A stretch of 64,000 nucleotides of DNA, taken from positions 48,053-112,052 of the forward strand of contig ONDH01000005.1 of assembly GCA_900316505.1 (NCBI GenBank), written 5' to 3'. Below the pieces are notes generated by a model, which did no database searches, was not told where the DNA came from, and saw only the letters and a program-made list of their open reading frames with translations. The first letter of the stretch is position 1. The number at the start of each line of letters is the position of its first letter. A program made the position numbers and the translations under genes. This document shows, piece by piece, positions 1 through 9,023 of this stretch. Origin of the DNA: an uncultured Prevotellaceae bacterium (GTDB lineage Bacteria > Bacteroidota > Bacteroidia > Bacteroidales > Bacteroidaceae).

Positions 1-412
1 GTGGAAAGCAGTCCCACCTTATGCCCCATGTAGCGAAACATCTCGTACAGCACAGTGGCAATGGTCGTCTTTCCGTTCGTTCCCGTCACACCCACCAGTT
101 TCATCTTGCTCGTCGGGTCGCCATAGAAAGTAGTTGCCACCTGTCCCACCACCTGTTCGGAATTCTTCACCTTGATGTAGGTGACATGCTCGTCAACCTC
201 TTCAGGAATCGCCTCACACAGAACAGCAGCTGCTCCTTTTTCCAATGCCTTTCCTATGTAATTATGACCATCGGCCACAGTACCTCTCACAGCGATGAAA
301 AGATGTCCATCAGCCACTTGACGAGAGTCTATCTGTACGCCACAAATGTCACGTTCCAAATCGCCCTTGACTTCAAGGACATCAATTTTGCTTACGAGAG
401 TCTGTAGTTTCA
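1..412 (-). CDS. murE: UDP-N-acetylmuramoyl-tripeptide synthetase MurE, N-terminal part (gene continues past the window start)
   Basis: Minus-strand translation from the ATG at 410-412 gives MKLQTLVSKIDVLEVKGDLERDICGVQIDSRQV...LVGVTGTNGKTT (Mur ligase P-loop). It lies 13 nt after ftsI, as in dcw clusters. The listed + ORF 21..407 is its antisense shadow. Confidence 0.85.
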
Positions 413-425
413 TAATTATCTATTA

Positions 426-2630
426 TCAATTCAGTTCCAATGTAATCGTCTGTCCCTTAGTCACCTTGCTTCCGCTTGACACACTCTGCCCCACTACTTT
501 TCCTCTACCCTTCATTCGCACTTTCATTCCTCGGTTGCTCAATGCGCAGACGGCATCTCTTGCACCCATGCCCAACACATTAGGTACAATATTATCGCTC
601 ACCTTCACGGGCTGAAACTCCACACACGAACTTCCTGCTGATGCCAGGCCCCATTCATAGCCCTTGCCCCCTTCTGATTTCAATCCCAGCTCATGCAACA
701 CATACTGTGCCGACACCACATTTCCATTCTTCACATCGGGCACATGCACAGCTGTAGAATCCTTTGCCAGATTGATGTCGGTGGTCACATTCTTCGAATA
801 GATACGTTGTGCAATCTTCGAGAACACGGGGCCAGCTTGACCACCACCACTTGCCACATAATAAGCATGGCGGATAGCCACGATACAAGTGTATTTCGGA
901 TCCTCCGAGGGATAGAAACCGCAGAAGCTGACGAGGTGCTCATTGTGTCCAGCCTTATAGCCGCCACCTGTTGCCACCTGCGCCGTACCAGTCTTGCCAC
1001 TCACATGGAAGTAAGGGTTACCTGCTCGTTTTCCAAGACCATCCTTGTCATTCACCACACGATAGAGAATGGCACGGATATCATCGAGTGCCTCCTGTCG
1101 ACAAATGCGTGGCTTGATGACTTCCACAGGGAACTCCTCCACCATCTCTCCATTCTTTGAGATGCCTTTCACAAAACGTGGACGCACCATCTTGCCGTTG
1201 TTGGCGATGGCATTATAGAAGCTGACCGTGCTGATGGGAGGTATCTGTGTTTCATAACCGATGGACATCCATGCCAAAGCGGTTGCTGACCAGTTGTCTG
1301 ACATCTTGTACCCACCCTTGCTGTCCTTATGCGGCATACGGATACGCGGATCGGCTGCACCATCGAAAGGCAGCCCCAACGGCGTACCAATACCCACACG
1401 GCGCAAACCCTCCACGAACTTCTCCGGTTGGTTATGGTAATACTTGTCAATCAGTTTGCTCACACCCACGTTGCTCGACACCATCAACACATGGGGCACA
1501 TCAATCGTTCCATATCCACCTCTGTGCCAGTTGTGGTCTTTCATCATCGCTCCATACATGTTGCAGATACCGCTTCCCGTTTCCACATAATCCGTAGGCT
1601 TGATGTACCCATCATCCAGTGCCACCAAGATGGAAGCCGTCTTGAATGTGGAACCTGGCTCCATCAAAGCTGCCAAGGCATAGTTACGTGCCTCATAATA
1701 TTCACCGTCGTCATAGCGCATCAGGTTCACAATCGCCTTCACATCGCCCGTCTTCACTTCCATCAGCACCACCACACCCATCTCGGCATTCAACTCATGC
1801 AGTTTCTCACGCAACGCGCTCTCACAGATGTCCTGCATGCTCACATCGATGGTGCTCACCAAGTCATAGCCGTCCACTGGTTCTTGATCCACAATGGAAA
1901 GGTATTTCGAAAGCACCTTCTTGTTGTGCACCTTACCAGGAACGCCCCTCAAAAGAGAGTCGTAAGCCAATTCCAAGCCCGAACGGGCAGAGTCTTTGGC
2001 ACCGAACATCTCACCCAACGTACGACGCGCCAATGAGCCGAAAGGCTTGTTACGGTTATTGCGCTCCTCTGCCACCAAACCGCTGCGATTGCGATTCTTC
2101 AAGTTGAAGATAGGGAGTTTCACCAACTGATTATACTGAATGAAGTTCAGCACAGTGTGCGGGCACACCTCCCAATAACGCTTGTGATTCTCCAAACCCT
2201 TAACAATGTGCGACTTATATTCCTCGAACGTGTATTTGGGACATATTTCCGCCAACCCACTGCAAATCGTGTCGAGGTTGACTCTCCACATCGAATCCTT
2301 CTCTGCCAACTGCACAGGGTCATACACCTTCTGCTTCTTGTTGACACCCAGCGAATCGTACCACCACTCTATGCCAGAAAGGAAGTCGACATACACCTTG
2401 TAGTCAGGAAGGCTGCTTGCCATCAACTGTCCGTCAGCACTCAAGATGTTGCCGCGGTTAGGCTTCAGCAGCATCGTGTCGCTCACACTCACGGCACCCA
2501 CCTTCTTCCATTTCCGGTTCTCCAGCGTGGCCGTCACGACAGCTTGGCCAATGATGGCAATCATCACCAGAGCTGCAATCACCACGATGCCCGTGATGCG
2601 TGTGTTGATGTATTTCTTGTCAAACTTCAT
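426..2630 (-). CDS. ftsI: Penicillin-binding protein (FtsI/PBP3-like transpeptidase)
   Basis: 734-aa ORF with an N-terminal TM anchor and transpeptidase motifs STFK (PGSTFKTAS), SSN (VSSNVG) and KTGT (SGKTGTAQ). It sits between the ftsL-like gene and murE. Confidence 0.9.
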   Translation of the reverse strand: MKFDKKYINTRITGIVVIAALVMIAIIGQAVVTATLENRKWKKVGAVSVSDTMLLKPNRGNILSADGQLMASSLPDYKVYVDFLSGIEWWYDSLGVNKKQKVYDPVQLAEKDSMWRVNLDTICSGLAEICPKYTFEEYKSHIVKGLENHKRYWEVCPHTVLNFIQYNQLVKLPIFNLKNRNRSGLVAEERNNRNKPFGSLARRTLGEMFGAKDSARSGLELAYDSLLRGVPGKVHNKKVLSKYLSIVDQEPVDGYDLVSTIDVSMQDICESALREKLHELNAEMGVVVLMEVKTGDVKAIVNLMRYDDGEYYEARNYALAALMEPGSTFKTASILVALDDGYIKPTDYVETGSGICNMYGAMMKDHNWHRGGYGTIDVPHVLMVSSNVGVSKLIDKYYHNQPEKFVEGLRRVGIGTPLGLPFDGAADPRIRMPHKDSKGGYKMSDNWSATALAWMSIGYETQIPPISTVSFYNAIANNGKMVRPRFVKGISKNGEMVEEFPVEVIKPRICRQEALDDIRAILYRVVNDKDGLGKRAGNPYFHVSGKTGTAQVATGGGYKAGHNEHLVSFCGFYPSEDPKYTCIVAIRHAYYVASGGGQAGPVFSKIAQRIYSKNVTTDINLAKDSTAVHVPDVKNGNVVSAQYVLHELGLKSEGGKGYEWGLASAGSSCVEFQPVKVSDNIVPNVLGMGARDAVCALSNRGMKVRMKGRGKVVGQSVSSGSKVTKGQTITLELN

Positions 2631-3283
2631 TGTCCTTCTGTTTTTTTCGTGTCTGAACTCTCTTCCTTCTTCTCTTCTTCCCCTACACTTTCAGTTTTCT
2701 TCTCCTCCTTCTTCACGGATTCTTCCTTCTCCGGTTCTTCCATCGGTGCCAATTCCTGCGAATCCACCAGCACCTCCTCTGGAGCTTGCTCTTCCGACGA
2801 GCCGCTTCCATCCCCCTTCTTAATCAGGAATGGCGGGGTGATGGAATTATGCAGCAGGCTGTCGGAAGTGGCTCTAAGCGCCTTCTCCACATTCGACTGC
2901 CGCGTCAGGTTCATCAGTTCACTCGACTGCGTGAGCACATTGTACTTCACTTCCTGCAACCGACCACGCAGACTGTCAATGAGGATGGCATCCTGCTGAC
3001 TGTCATAACGGTTGCCCGTATAGAGAATCGTCAGCAGCACGCAGAACATCACAAACATGATCTGCTTAATCATGAACTTGCTCATCAGAAAATCGCCACC
3101 AAGTATTGACTTGACCGATATTTCACCGATGTCGTCTTCTTCCTCATCGGTGAACTTCCTAATCGCCTCGATGGCTTCTTGTTCCTCTGTTTTCAGTTCT
3201 TCGTCTGCCCCAAAATCATCTGGAGGAGTCATCTTCGACTCTTCCAACTCTAATTTCCGTTTTTCTTCATTCTTACTTGACAT
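2627..3283 (-). CDS. FtsL-like cell division protein with long acidic N- and C-terminal tails
   Basis: 218 aa with a single central TM helix (IMFVMFCVLLTILYTG) followed by a coiled-coil-like segment. The ATGA overlaps the ftsI start, and the dcw position is between rsmH and ftsI. The call rests on context and topology only. Confidence 0.6.
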   Translation of the reverse strand: MSSKNEEKRKLELEESKMTPPDDFGADEELKTEEQEAIEAIRKFTDEEEDDIGEISVKSILGGDFLMSKFMIKQIMFVMFCVLLTILYTGNRYDSQQDAILIDSLRGRLQEVKYNVLTQSSELMNLTRQSNVEKALRATSDSLLHNSITPPFLIKKGDGSGSSEEQAPEEVLVDSQELAPMEEPEKEESVKKEEKKTESVGEEEKKEESSDTKKTEGQ

Positions 3284-3393
3284 ACAATTACGTTGGGGCT
3301 TTTTCTCAAAAACTTTCTTTTAAATAAATAATGTGTTACTCACTTTATCGCCTTTCTTTGGCGTGGATAATCTCTGTATTTTATTGATAATTT

Positions 3394-4314
3394 TCAGATT
3401 CTTTCTGCTATTCTCAACTTGGCGCTCCGGCTTCTCGGATTTCTCGCCATCTCCTCGTCGTCCGGCACAATCACCTGCCTGTTCACCAAACGGTATGGAG
3501 TGTTCACCCTGCCAAAGAAGTCCTTGTCTTCCTCTCCTTCCGCATTGCCCGTCTTCATCACATTCTTCACGATGCGGTCTTCCAACGAGTGGTACGTGAT
3601 CACCACCAACCTTCCTCCTGGTTTCAGCATCTCCGTTGCACCCTTCAACATATCACGCAAGGCATCCATCTCATGATTCACCTCTATCCTCAACGCCTGA
3701 AACACTTTCGCCAGCTCCTTCTTTTCCCGTTCATTACGGAAGAAAGGCTTGACAATGTCCAAGAAATCGCCGATTGTCTCCACCTTCTTTGTCTGTCTTG
3801 ACTTCACGATAGCGGAGGCTATCTTTCGGCTCTGCTTCAGTTCTCCATACAAATAAAGAACATCTGCCAATTGCTTCTCGTCGTATGTGTTGACCACATC
3901 AGCTGCCGTCTTGCCTGCACGTTGATTCATCCGCATGTCAAGTTTCCCTTCAAACCTGAACGAAAACCCCCGTTCGCTGTCGTCAAAGTGGTGGGAACTC
4001 ACTCCCAAGTCAGCCAGCAGCCCGTCTATTTGCTCCACTCCGTGATATTTGAGGAAGTTTTTCAAAAAGCGGAAATTGCTCCTCACAAACGTGAACCTCT
4101 CCGCATCAAACCCCTCCGCATTTTTCTCCGCATCCGCATCTTGGTCAAAACTGTACAGATGTCCGTTGGCATCTAATCTCGACATGATTTCCCTGCTATG
4201 TCCTCCACCACCAAAAGTCACATCCACAAAAACACCTCCATTACCGATGTTCAACCCATCCACACTCTCCTTCAGCAACACCGGCACGTGATATGTCATC
4301 TCTTGTTCAGTCAT
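3394..4314 (-). CDS. rsmH: 16S rRNA (cytosine1402-N4)-methyltransferase RsmH
   Basis: YHVPVLLKESV N-terminus and SAM motif VTFGGGGHSREI. The track ORF starts at a TTG (4338) inside a heptamer repeat. The first ATG is at 4314, with an alternative at 4299. Confidence 0.9.
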   Translation of the reverse strand: MTEQEMTYHVPVLLKESVDGLNIGNGGVFVDVTFGGGGHSREIMSRLDANGHLYSFDQDADAEKNAEGFDAERFTFVRSNFRFLKNFLKYHGVEQIDGLLADLGVSSHHFDDSERGFSFRFEGKLDMRMNQRAGKTAADVVNTYDEKQLADVLYLYGELKQSRKIASAIVKSRQTKKVETIGDFLDIVKPFFRNEREKKELAKVFQALRIEVNHEMDALRDMLKGATEMLKPGGRLVVITYHSLEDRIVKNVMKTGNAEGEEDKDFFGRVNTPYRLVNRQVIVPDDEEMARNPRSRSAKLRIAERI

Positions 4315-4328
4315 CCTCCTTTGGGTTT

Positions 4329-4370
4329 CAACTGTCAACTGTCAATCGTCAACTGTCAATTATCAACTCC
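4329..4370. repeat. Six tandem heptamers (CAACTGT-like, same as phase-shifted TGTCAAC/T) filling the mraZ-rsmH spacer
   Basis: The units read caactgt caactgt caatcgt caactgt caattat caactcc directly. The array overlaps the last mraZ codons. Confidence 0.9.
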
Positions 4371-4814
4371 CCCAAACGCTGCCTCCATCTCCTTACCGAG
4401 GTCTGCACTGTCATTCATCAGCTCATCCAACGCCTGCTTGCTCCAAATCTCGATTCTGTCCACCATCGCCAAAAAGCGCACATCAGCTTCAATCCCTGCA
4501 TATTGCAGTTTCCTCTTCGAAATCAGCAATCGTCCGTTACCATCCAGTTCAATGGGTTCCGCATCAGCCTCAAACTTTCTCAACATCATCTGCTGCTTGC
4601 TGTTCCACTGGTTCACCTGTCCACGCAACGCATCCAACTGCTCATTCCACACAGATTCAGGATAGAGCACCAGGCATTTCTGGAACACGTCGTTGCGAAG
4701 CACGAGACTCTTCTCGCCCTCCGCTTCGAGCACCTTCCTGAACGGTGCGGGCAAGAAAACCCTACCCTTCGCGTCAGTCTTGGCTCCGTAGTCACCGATG
4801 AATCTGTTTGTCAT
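4356..4814 (-). CDS. mraZ: Transcriptional regulator MraZ
   Basis: Two MraZ/SpoVT-AbrB-type repeats (DAKGRVFLPAPFRK and DGNGRLLISKRK). It is the first gene of the dcw cluster. The track start at 4826 is TTG, and the first ATG at 4814 gives MTNRFIGDY. Confidence 0.9.
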   Translation of the reverse strand: MTNRFIGDYGAKTDAKGRVFLPAPFRKVLEAEGEKSLVLRNDVFQKCLVLYPESVWNEQLDALRGQVNQWNSKQQMMLRKFEADAEPIELDGNGRLLISKRKLQYAGIEADVRFLAMVDRIEIWSKQALDELMNDSADLGKEMEAAFGGVDN

Positions 4815-4877
4815 TTCTCTTTCCAATTTGTTGGCGCTAATTTCAGTCGTTTTTGACCTTGCGCGTTAAACAATGTG

Positions 4878-4920
4878 CAAATATAAGTAATATTCCCCAC
4901 TTTTCCCCACACTTTTACAC
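4878..4920 (-). promoter_or_regulatory. Putative dcw promoter -7 box (TATATTTG, 4878-4885) with three 10-bp-spaced MraZ-type boxes (GTGGGG 4895-4900, GTGGGG 4905-4910, GTGTAA 4915-4920)
   Basis: The minus strand reads aaaGTGTAAaaGTGTGGGGaaaaGTGGGGaatattacTTATATTTGca. The spacing and GTGGG core match the E. coli MraZ operator layout. Confidence 0.5.
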
Positions 4921-5150
4921 TTTTTTTTCAAAAAACTTACCAAAAAGGCTATAATTCACCATTTAACCAACTGATTCACAAATAAAAACAACAATAATAA
5001 AAAAGTGGGGAACAAAATAGTCACACTACCCCATTTGACAACTCGACTTTACGATACTGCCACTCACGAAAGATGAAAAACAGACAAAATCGAGGAAATT
5101 ACACAATCACTCCCTCACAATCGCAAACAAGTGACTTCCACTCGCGCATG

Positions 5151-5217
5151 CAAGTGTTCCCCACAAACGAATGTAAGTCTTGCCCGTAAACGAACGTTAG
5201 TCTTGCCCACAAACGAG
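5151..5217. repeat. Three imperfect tandem 22-23-nt repeats (caagtgttccccacaaacgaa / tgtaagtcttgcccgtaaacgaa / cgttagtcttgcccacaaacgag)
   Basis: Read directly in the mraZ/OMP divergent intergenic region. The minus strand of each unit contains a GTGGG-like core. Confidence 0.7.
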
Positions 5218-5340
5218 TTGCAAATTGTAGAAAAGTCTACAAAATCACTTTTTTTATTGAAATATTTCCTTATTCCAAAAAAAAGTGTTTACTTTGCGAG
5301 GAAAATCATTTTACTCACATTCTCTAATTTTTACAAACGT

Positions 5341-6012
5341 ATGAAAAAGAACATTTTGAGCCTTGCTGTCATCGTAGCAGCACTCACTTTCGCATTGCCT
5401 TCTCAGGCACAAGTTAAGTTCGGTATCAAGGCAGGTCTTAACGTAAACAATTTCAGCGTGAAGAACCTCCCAGTTATGGACAAGAAGAACCGCAATGGTT
5501 TCTTTGCCGGTGTCACCGCTGACGTGACCATTCCATTGGCCGGTTTGGGCGCAGACGCTTCTCTGCTGTATGACAACCGTTGCATCGGTTTCGGTGCAAA
5601 TCCTGCCGATTTTGACGAAGACGCCGAGGATGGATATGAAAAGACACACAAGACTTTCCATTACATTTCACTCCCCATCAACGTGAAGTACACTATCGGT
5701 CTTAGCAGTATCGCCAGCGTCTATCTCGCAACTGGCCCTCAGTTCTCTTGGAACATTGGTGACCGTCATTGGAGAGCAGGTAGTCTCGACGACGTAGAAG
5801 ACTGGCAAGAGGGTTGGGAACTGAAGAGTTCACAGTTCAGCTGGAATGTAGGTTGCGGTGCCACAGTGTTGAGCCATGTACGTGTAGGCTACAACTACAA
5901 CATTGCACTTGGCAACACTGCTGAGATGACAGTTTGGAGTGCTGGTAAAGATGCCATCAAGGGCAAACTCAAGAACAACACCCACCAGATTTCTCTGACT
6001 TACCTGTTCTAA
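5341..6012 (+). CDS. Outer-membrane beta-barrel (porin-family/OmpA-like barrel) protein
   Basis: Signal peptide MKKNILSLAVIVAALTFALPSQAQ. The sequence shows alternating-hydrophobic beta-strand character and ends in the aromatic terminus ISLTYLF. The upstream part of track ORF 5131.. is a GTG-started extension across repeats. Confidence 0.7.
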   Translation: MKKNILSLAVIVAALTFALPSQAQVKFGIKAGLNVNNFSVKNLPVMDKKNRNGFFAGVTADVTIPLAGLGADASLLYDNRCIGFGANPADFDEDAEDGYEKTHKTFHYISLPINVKYTIGLSSIASVYLATGPQFSWNIGDRHWRAGSLDDVEDWQEGWELKSSQFSWNVGCGATVLSHVRVGYNYNIALGNTAEMTVWSAGKDAIKGKLKNNTHQISLTYLF

Positions 6013-6015
6013 TTG

Positions 6016-8034
6016 ATGTTTGCTGACATCACACTCCCTATACCATTCGACAGCTTCACATACCTCGTTCCTTCCGACTTGGAAACACGAGTGATGCGAG
6101 GCTGTCGAGTTGTTGTGCCCCTTGGCAAGAACAAGATATATACGGGTGTGGTGCTCCAAACACACAACAATGCTCCGCAAGGAGTGGAAATCAAAGCCAT
6201 CATGGAGGTGCTTGACGACCACCCCGTGGTGAACGAGCAGCAATTCAAGTTCTGGCAGTGGATTGCCCATTATTACCTCTGTCCATTGGGGGACGTGATG
6301 AAGGCAGGACTTCCCGGAGCAATGAAGCCTACTGATGAAAGAGCTTTGAAAGAATCTACGCGCAAACGGAAAGGAAGTAAAGCAACCCTGCCACCCTCTT
6401 CCATTAGCCCGCTCAACCCGCTCAATCCTGCCCAGCAGAAAGCGATGGACGAGATTGAAGCATCATTTTTTGACAAGAATGTCACCCTTCTGCATGGCGT
6501 CACCTCATCGGGCAAGACAGAGATTTACATCCACCTCATTGACAAGTGTTTACAGCAAGGAAAACAAGTACTGTACCTCTTGCCGGAAATCGCCTTGACC
6601 ACCCAAATCACTGAGCGTCTCCAATGCTTCTTTGGCGACAAGATGGGTGTGTATCATTCAAAGTTCACTGATGCGCAGCGATTGGAAATCTACCAACGCC
6701 AAGCGTCTGATCAGCCTTATCAACTCATTCTCGGCGTACGCTCCAGCATCTTCTTGCCCTTTCAGAATCTTGGACTCGTCATTGTGGATGAAGAGCATGA
6801 ACAGAGTTACAAGCAACAAGAACCTTCTCCTCGCTATCACGCTCGAAATGCCGCCATCATGTTGGCACACATGTTCAAGGCGAAAACCTTGATGGGCACA
6901 GCAACCCCTTCTTTCGAAGTGTACCATTGGGCACGCAAAGACCGCTACGGATACGTGCAACTCACGCAACGTTATCGTGACATGCAACTCCCTACCATTG
7001 AGGTGGTTGACACCAAAGAGGCGAAACGGAAACGTCTGATGAAGGGACTCTTCTCTCCCCGTCTCATAGAGGTGATGCGGGCAGCCCTTGAACGGAAGGA
7101 ACAAATCATCCTTTTCCAAAACCGACGAGGCTTCTCTTCCTTCATCGAGTGCAAGACTTGCGGATGGGTGCCACGATGCCCTCATTGCGATGTCACTCTG
7201 ACTTTGCACAAGAAAACGGGTACCCTCACTTGCCACTATTGCGGCTACACCACACGCATTCCCGAAAAATGCCCTGCCTGCGAAGAAAACAAATTCGTCG
7301 ATATAGGTACAGGCACTGAAAAAGTGGAGGAGCAGATTACCCAACTCTTTGAGGGTGCCACCACCCTTCGAATGGATCTTGATACTGCCACGACTCGTAC
7401 ACAATTTGAACGCATCATCAGCGATTTCTCAGCACACAAGGCAGACATCCTCATTGGCACTCAGATGGTCACTAAAGGACTTGATTTTGACCGTGTTTCG
7501 GTAGTGGGCATCCTTGATGCTGACACGATGCTCAACCTGCCCGACTTCCGCAGTTATGAACGTGCATTCCAGACACTCAGCCAAGTGGCAGGACGTGCTG
7601 GACGCAACAACACTGCAGGACATGTCATTCTTCAAACACGCTCAGCCGACAGCGACATCATTCGCCAAATCACCCAAGCCGACTATTGGCAGATGTTTTA
7701 CACACAAATGACTGAGCGCCAAATGTTTCACTATCCCCCATTTCGTCGCCTCATCTACGTTTTTCTGCGTCACAAGGACGACAAGCTGTTAGACCATCTG
7801 GCTGACGAGATGGCAACACGTCTGCGTGCTGTTTTCGGAGAAAGGGTGCTCGGTCCTGACCGTCCTCCTGTAGCACGCATCCACTCGCTGTATATCCGCA
7901 AGATGATGCTCAAGATTGAATCACACGCTAATACCGACAACGTACGGCAACATCTACTGGCTATCCAGCAGCAGATGCTCGCGATGCCAATCGCCAAAAA
8001 CCTCAATATCTACTACGACGTGGACCCGCTTTAA
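6016..8034 (+). CDS. priA: Primosomal protein N' (replication restart helicase PriA)
   Basis: Walker A GVTSSGKTEIY and DEEH box (VDEEHE). The Cys-rich zinc region is CKTCGWVPRCPHCDVTLTLHKKTGTLTCHYCGYTTRIPEKCPAC. Confidence 0.9.
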   Translation: MFADITLPIPFDSFTYLVPSDLETRVMRGCRVVVPLGKNKIYTGVVLQTHNNAPQGVEIKAIMEVLDDHPVVNEQQFKFWQWIAHYYLCPLGDVMKAGLPGAMKPTDERALKESTRKRKGSKATLPPSSISPLNPLNPAQQKAMDEIEASFFDKNVTLLHGVTSSGKTEIYIHLIDKCLQQGKQVLYLLPEIALTTQITERLQCFFGDKMGVYHSKFTDAQRLEIYQRQASDQPYQLILGVRSSIFLPFQNLGLVIVDEEHEQSYKQQEPSPRYHARNAAIMLAHMFKAKTLMGTATPSFEVYHWARKDRYGYVQLTQRYRDMQLPTIEVVDTKEAKRKRLMKGLFSPRLIEVMRAALERKEQIILFQNRRGFSSFIECKTCGWVPRCPHCDVTLTLHKKTGTLTCHYCGYTTRIPEKCPACEENKFVDIGTGTEKVEEQITQLFEGATTLRMDLDTATTRTQFERIISDFSAHKADILIGTQMVTKGLDFDRVSVVGILDADTMLNLPDFRSYERAFQTLSQVAGRAGRNNTAGHVILQTRSADSDIIRQITQADYWQMFYTQMTERQMFHYPPFRRLIYVFLRHKDDKLLDHLADEMATRLRAVFGERVLGPDRPPVARIHSLYIRKMMLKIESHANTDNVRQHLLAIQQQMLAMPIAKNLNIYYDVDPL

Positions 8035-8120
8035 TGCGAGCACTTCCCCGTTTTTGCACTCTTTTCGTTCTTTTGAGCATTAAAAATGCTTTAATTTATT
8101 GTGGAAAGGAAAAAATGTCG

Positions 8121-8128
8121 TACCTTTG
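8121..8128 (+). promoter_or_regulatory. Bacteroidota -7 promoter box TACCTTTG upstream of etfB
   Basis: Exact TAnnTTTG match about 84 nt upstream of the etfB ATG. Confidence 0.45.
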
Positions 8129-8211
8129 CATTTGCTAATATTTTGCCTTGTTTGAACAAGACTAACCAATAGCGGAAAAATCAATTCCAAAAACAATCAA
8201 TACATTAACTT

Positions 8212-9021
8212 ATGAGTTTGAAAATCATTGTACTCGCTAAGCAGGTGCCAGACACACGCAACGTCGGTCCTGATGCGATGACTCCAGAGGGTACAGTGAA
8301 CCGTGCTGCATTGCCAGCCGTGTTCAACCCCGAGGACTTGAACGCCCTTGAACAGGCTCTGCGCCTGAAGGACGCTAACCCTGGTTCCACCATCACCATG
8401 CTCACCATGGGTCTTCCCAAGGCTGCAGAGGTGCTGAAGGAAGGTATCTACCGTGGTGCAGATGAGGGCATCCTGATTTCTGACCGTCCTCTTGGCGGTG
8501 CTGACACCCTTGCCACTTCCTACACACTGGCTCAGGCCATCAAGAAGGTGGGCGACTACGACATTATTCTTTGCGGTCGTCAGGCCATCGATGGTGACAC
8601 TGCACAGGTAGGTCCACAGGTGGCTGAGAAGTTGGGTCTCACCCAGATCACTTACACCGAAGAGATTATCTCTCTCGACAAGGCTGCCAAGAAGATTGTG
8701 GCTAAGCGCCACATCGACGGTGGTGTCGAAACAGTGGAAGGTCCTCTTCCCATCGTTGTAACTGTGAACGGAAGCGCTGCTCCTTGCCGTGTGCGCAACG
8801 TGAAGCGTGTTTGGGCAAACAAGAACCGCGAGTTCACCACTTGGGGTGCTGCGGACATCGAGGCTGACCCAGCACAGATTGGTAAGGCAGGTTCTCCCAC
8901 CAACGTGAAGGCGGTGAAGAGCATTGTCTTCAAAGCGAAAGAAAACAAGACACTCACATCTTCTGATGCAGATGTAGAGAGCCTGATTGTTGAACTCATG
9001 GAAAGCAACACCATCGGATAA
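8212..9021 (+). CDS. etfB: Electron transfer flavoprotein subunit beta
   Basis: N-terminus MSLKIIVLAKQVPDTRNV... and overall ETF-beta sequence character. It is followed 2 nt later by etfA. Confidence 0.9.
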   Translation: MSLKIIVLAKQVPDTRNVGPDAMTPEGTVNRAALPAVFNPEDLNALEQALRLKDANPGSTITMLTMGLPKAAEVLKEGIYRGADEGILISDRPLGGADTLATSYTLAQAIKKVGDYDIILCGRQAIDGDTAQVGPQVAEKLGLTQITYTEEIISLDKAAKKIVAKRHIDGGVETVEGPLPIVVTVNGSAAPCRVRNVKRVWANKNREFTTWGAADIEADPAQIGKAGSPTNVKAVKSIVFKAKENKTLTSSDADVESLIVELMESNTIG

Positions 9022-9023
9022 AT

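Noticed and set aside
21-407. 128-aa + strand ORF at the window start
   Set aside because: The opposite strand encodes a clear MurE N-terminus with the Mur ligase P-loop in dcw context, so the + ORF is an antisense shadow.
5131-5340. N-terminal 70-aa extension of the OMP ORF (GTG start)
   Set aside because: The extension crosses the tandem repeats and has no signal-peptide character. The ATG at 5341 gives a canonical signal peptide.
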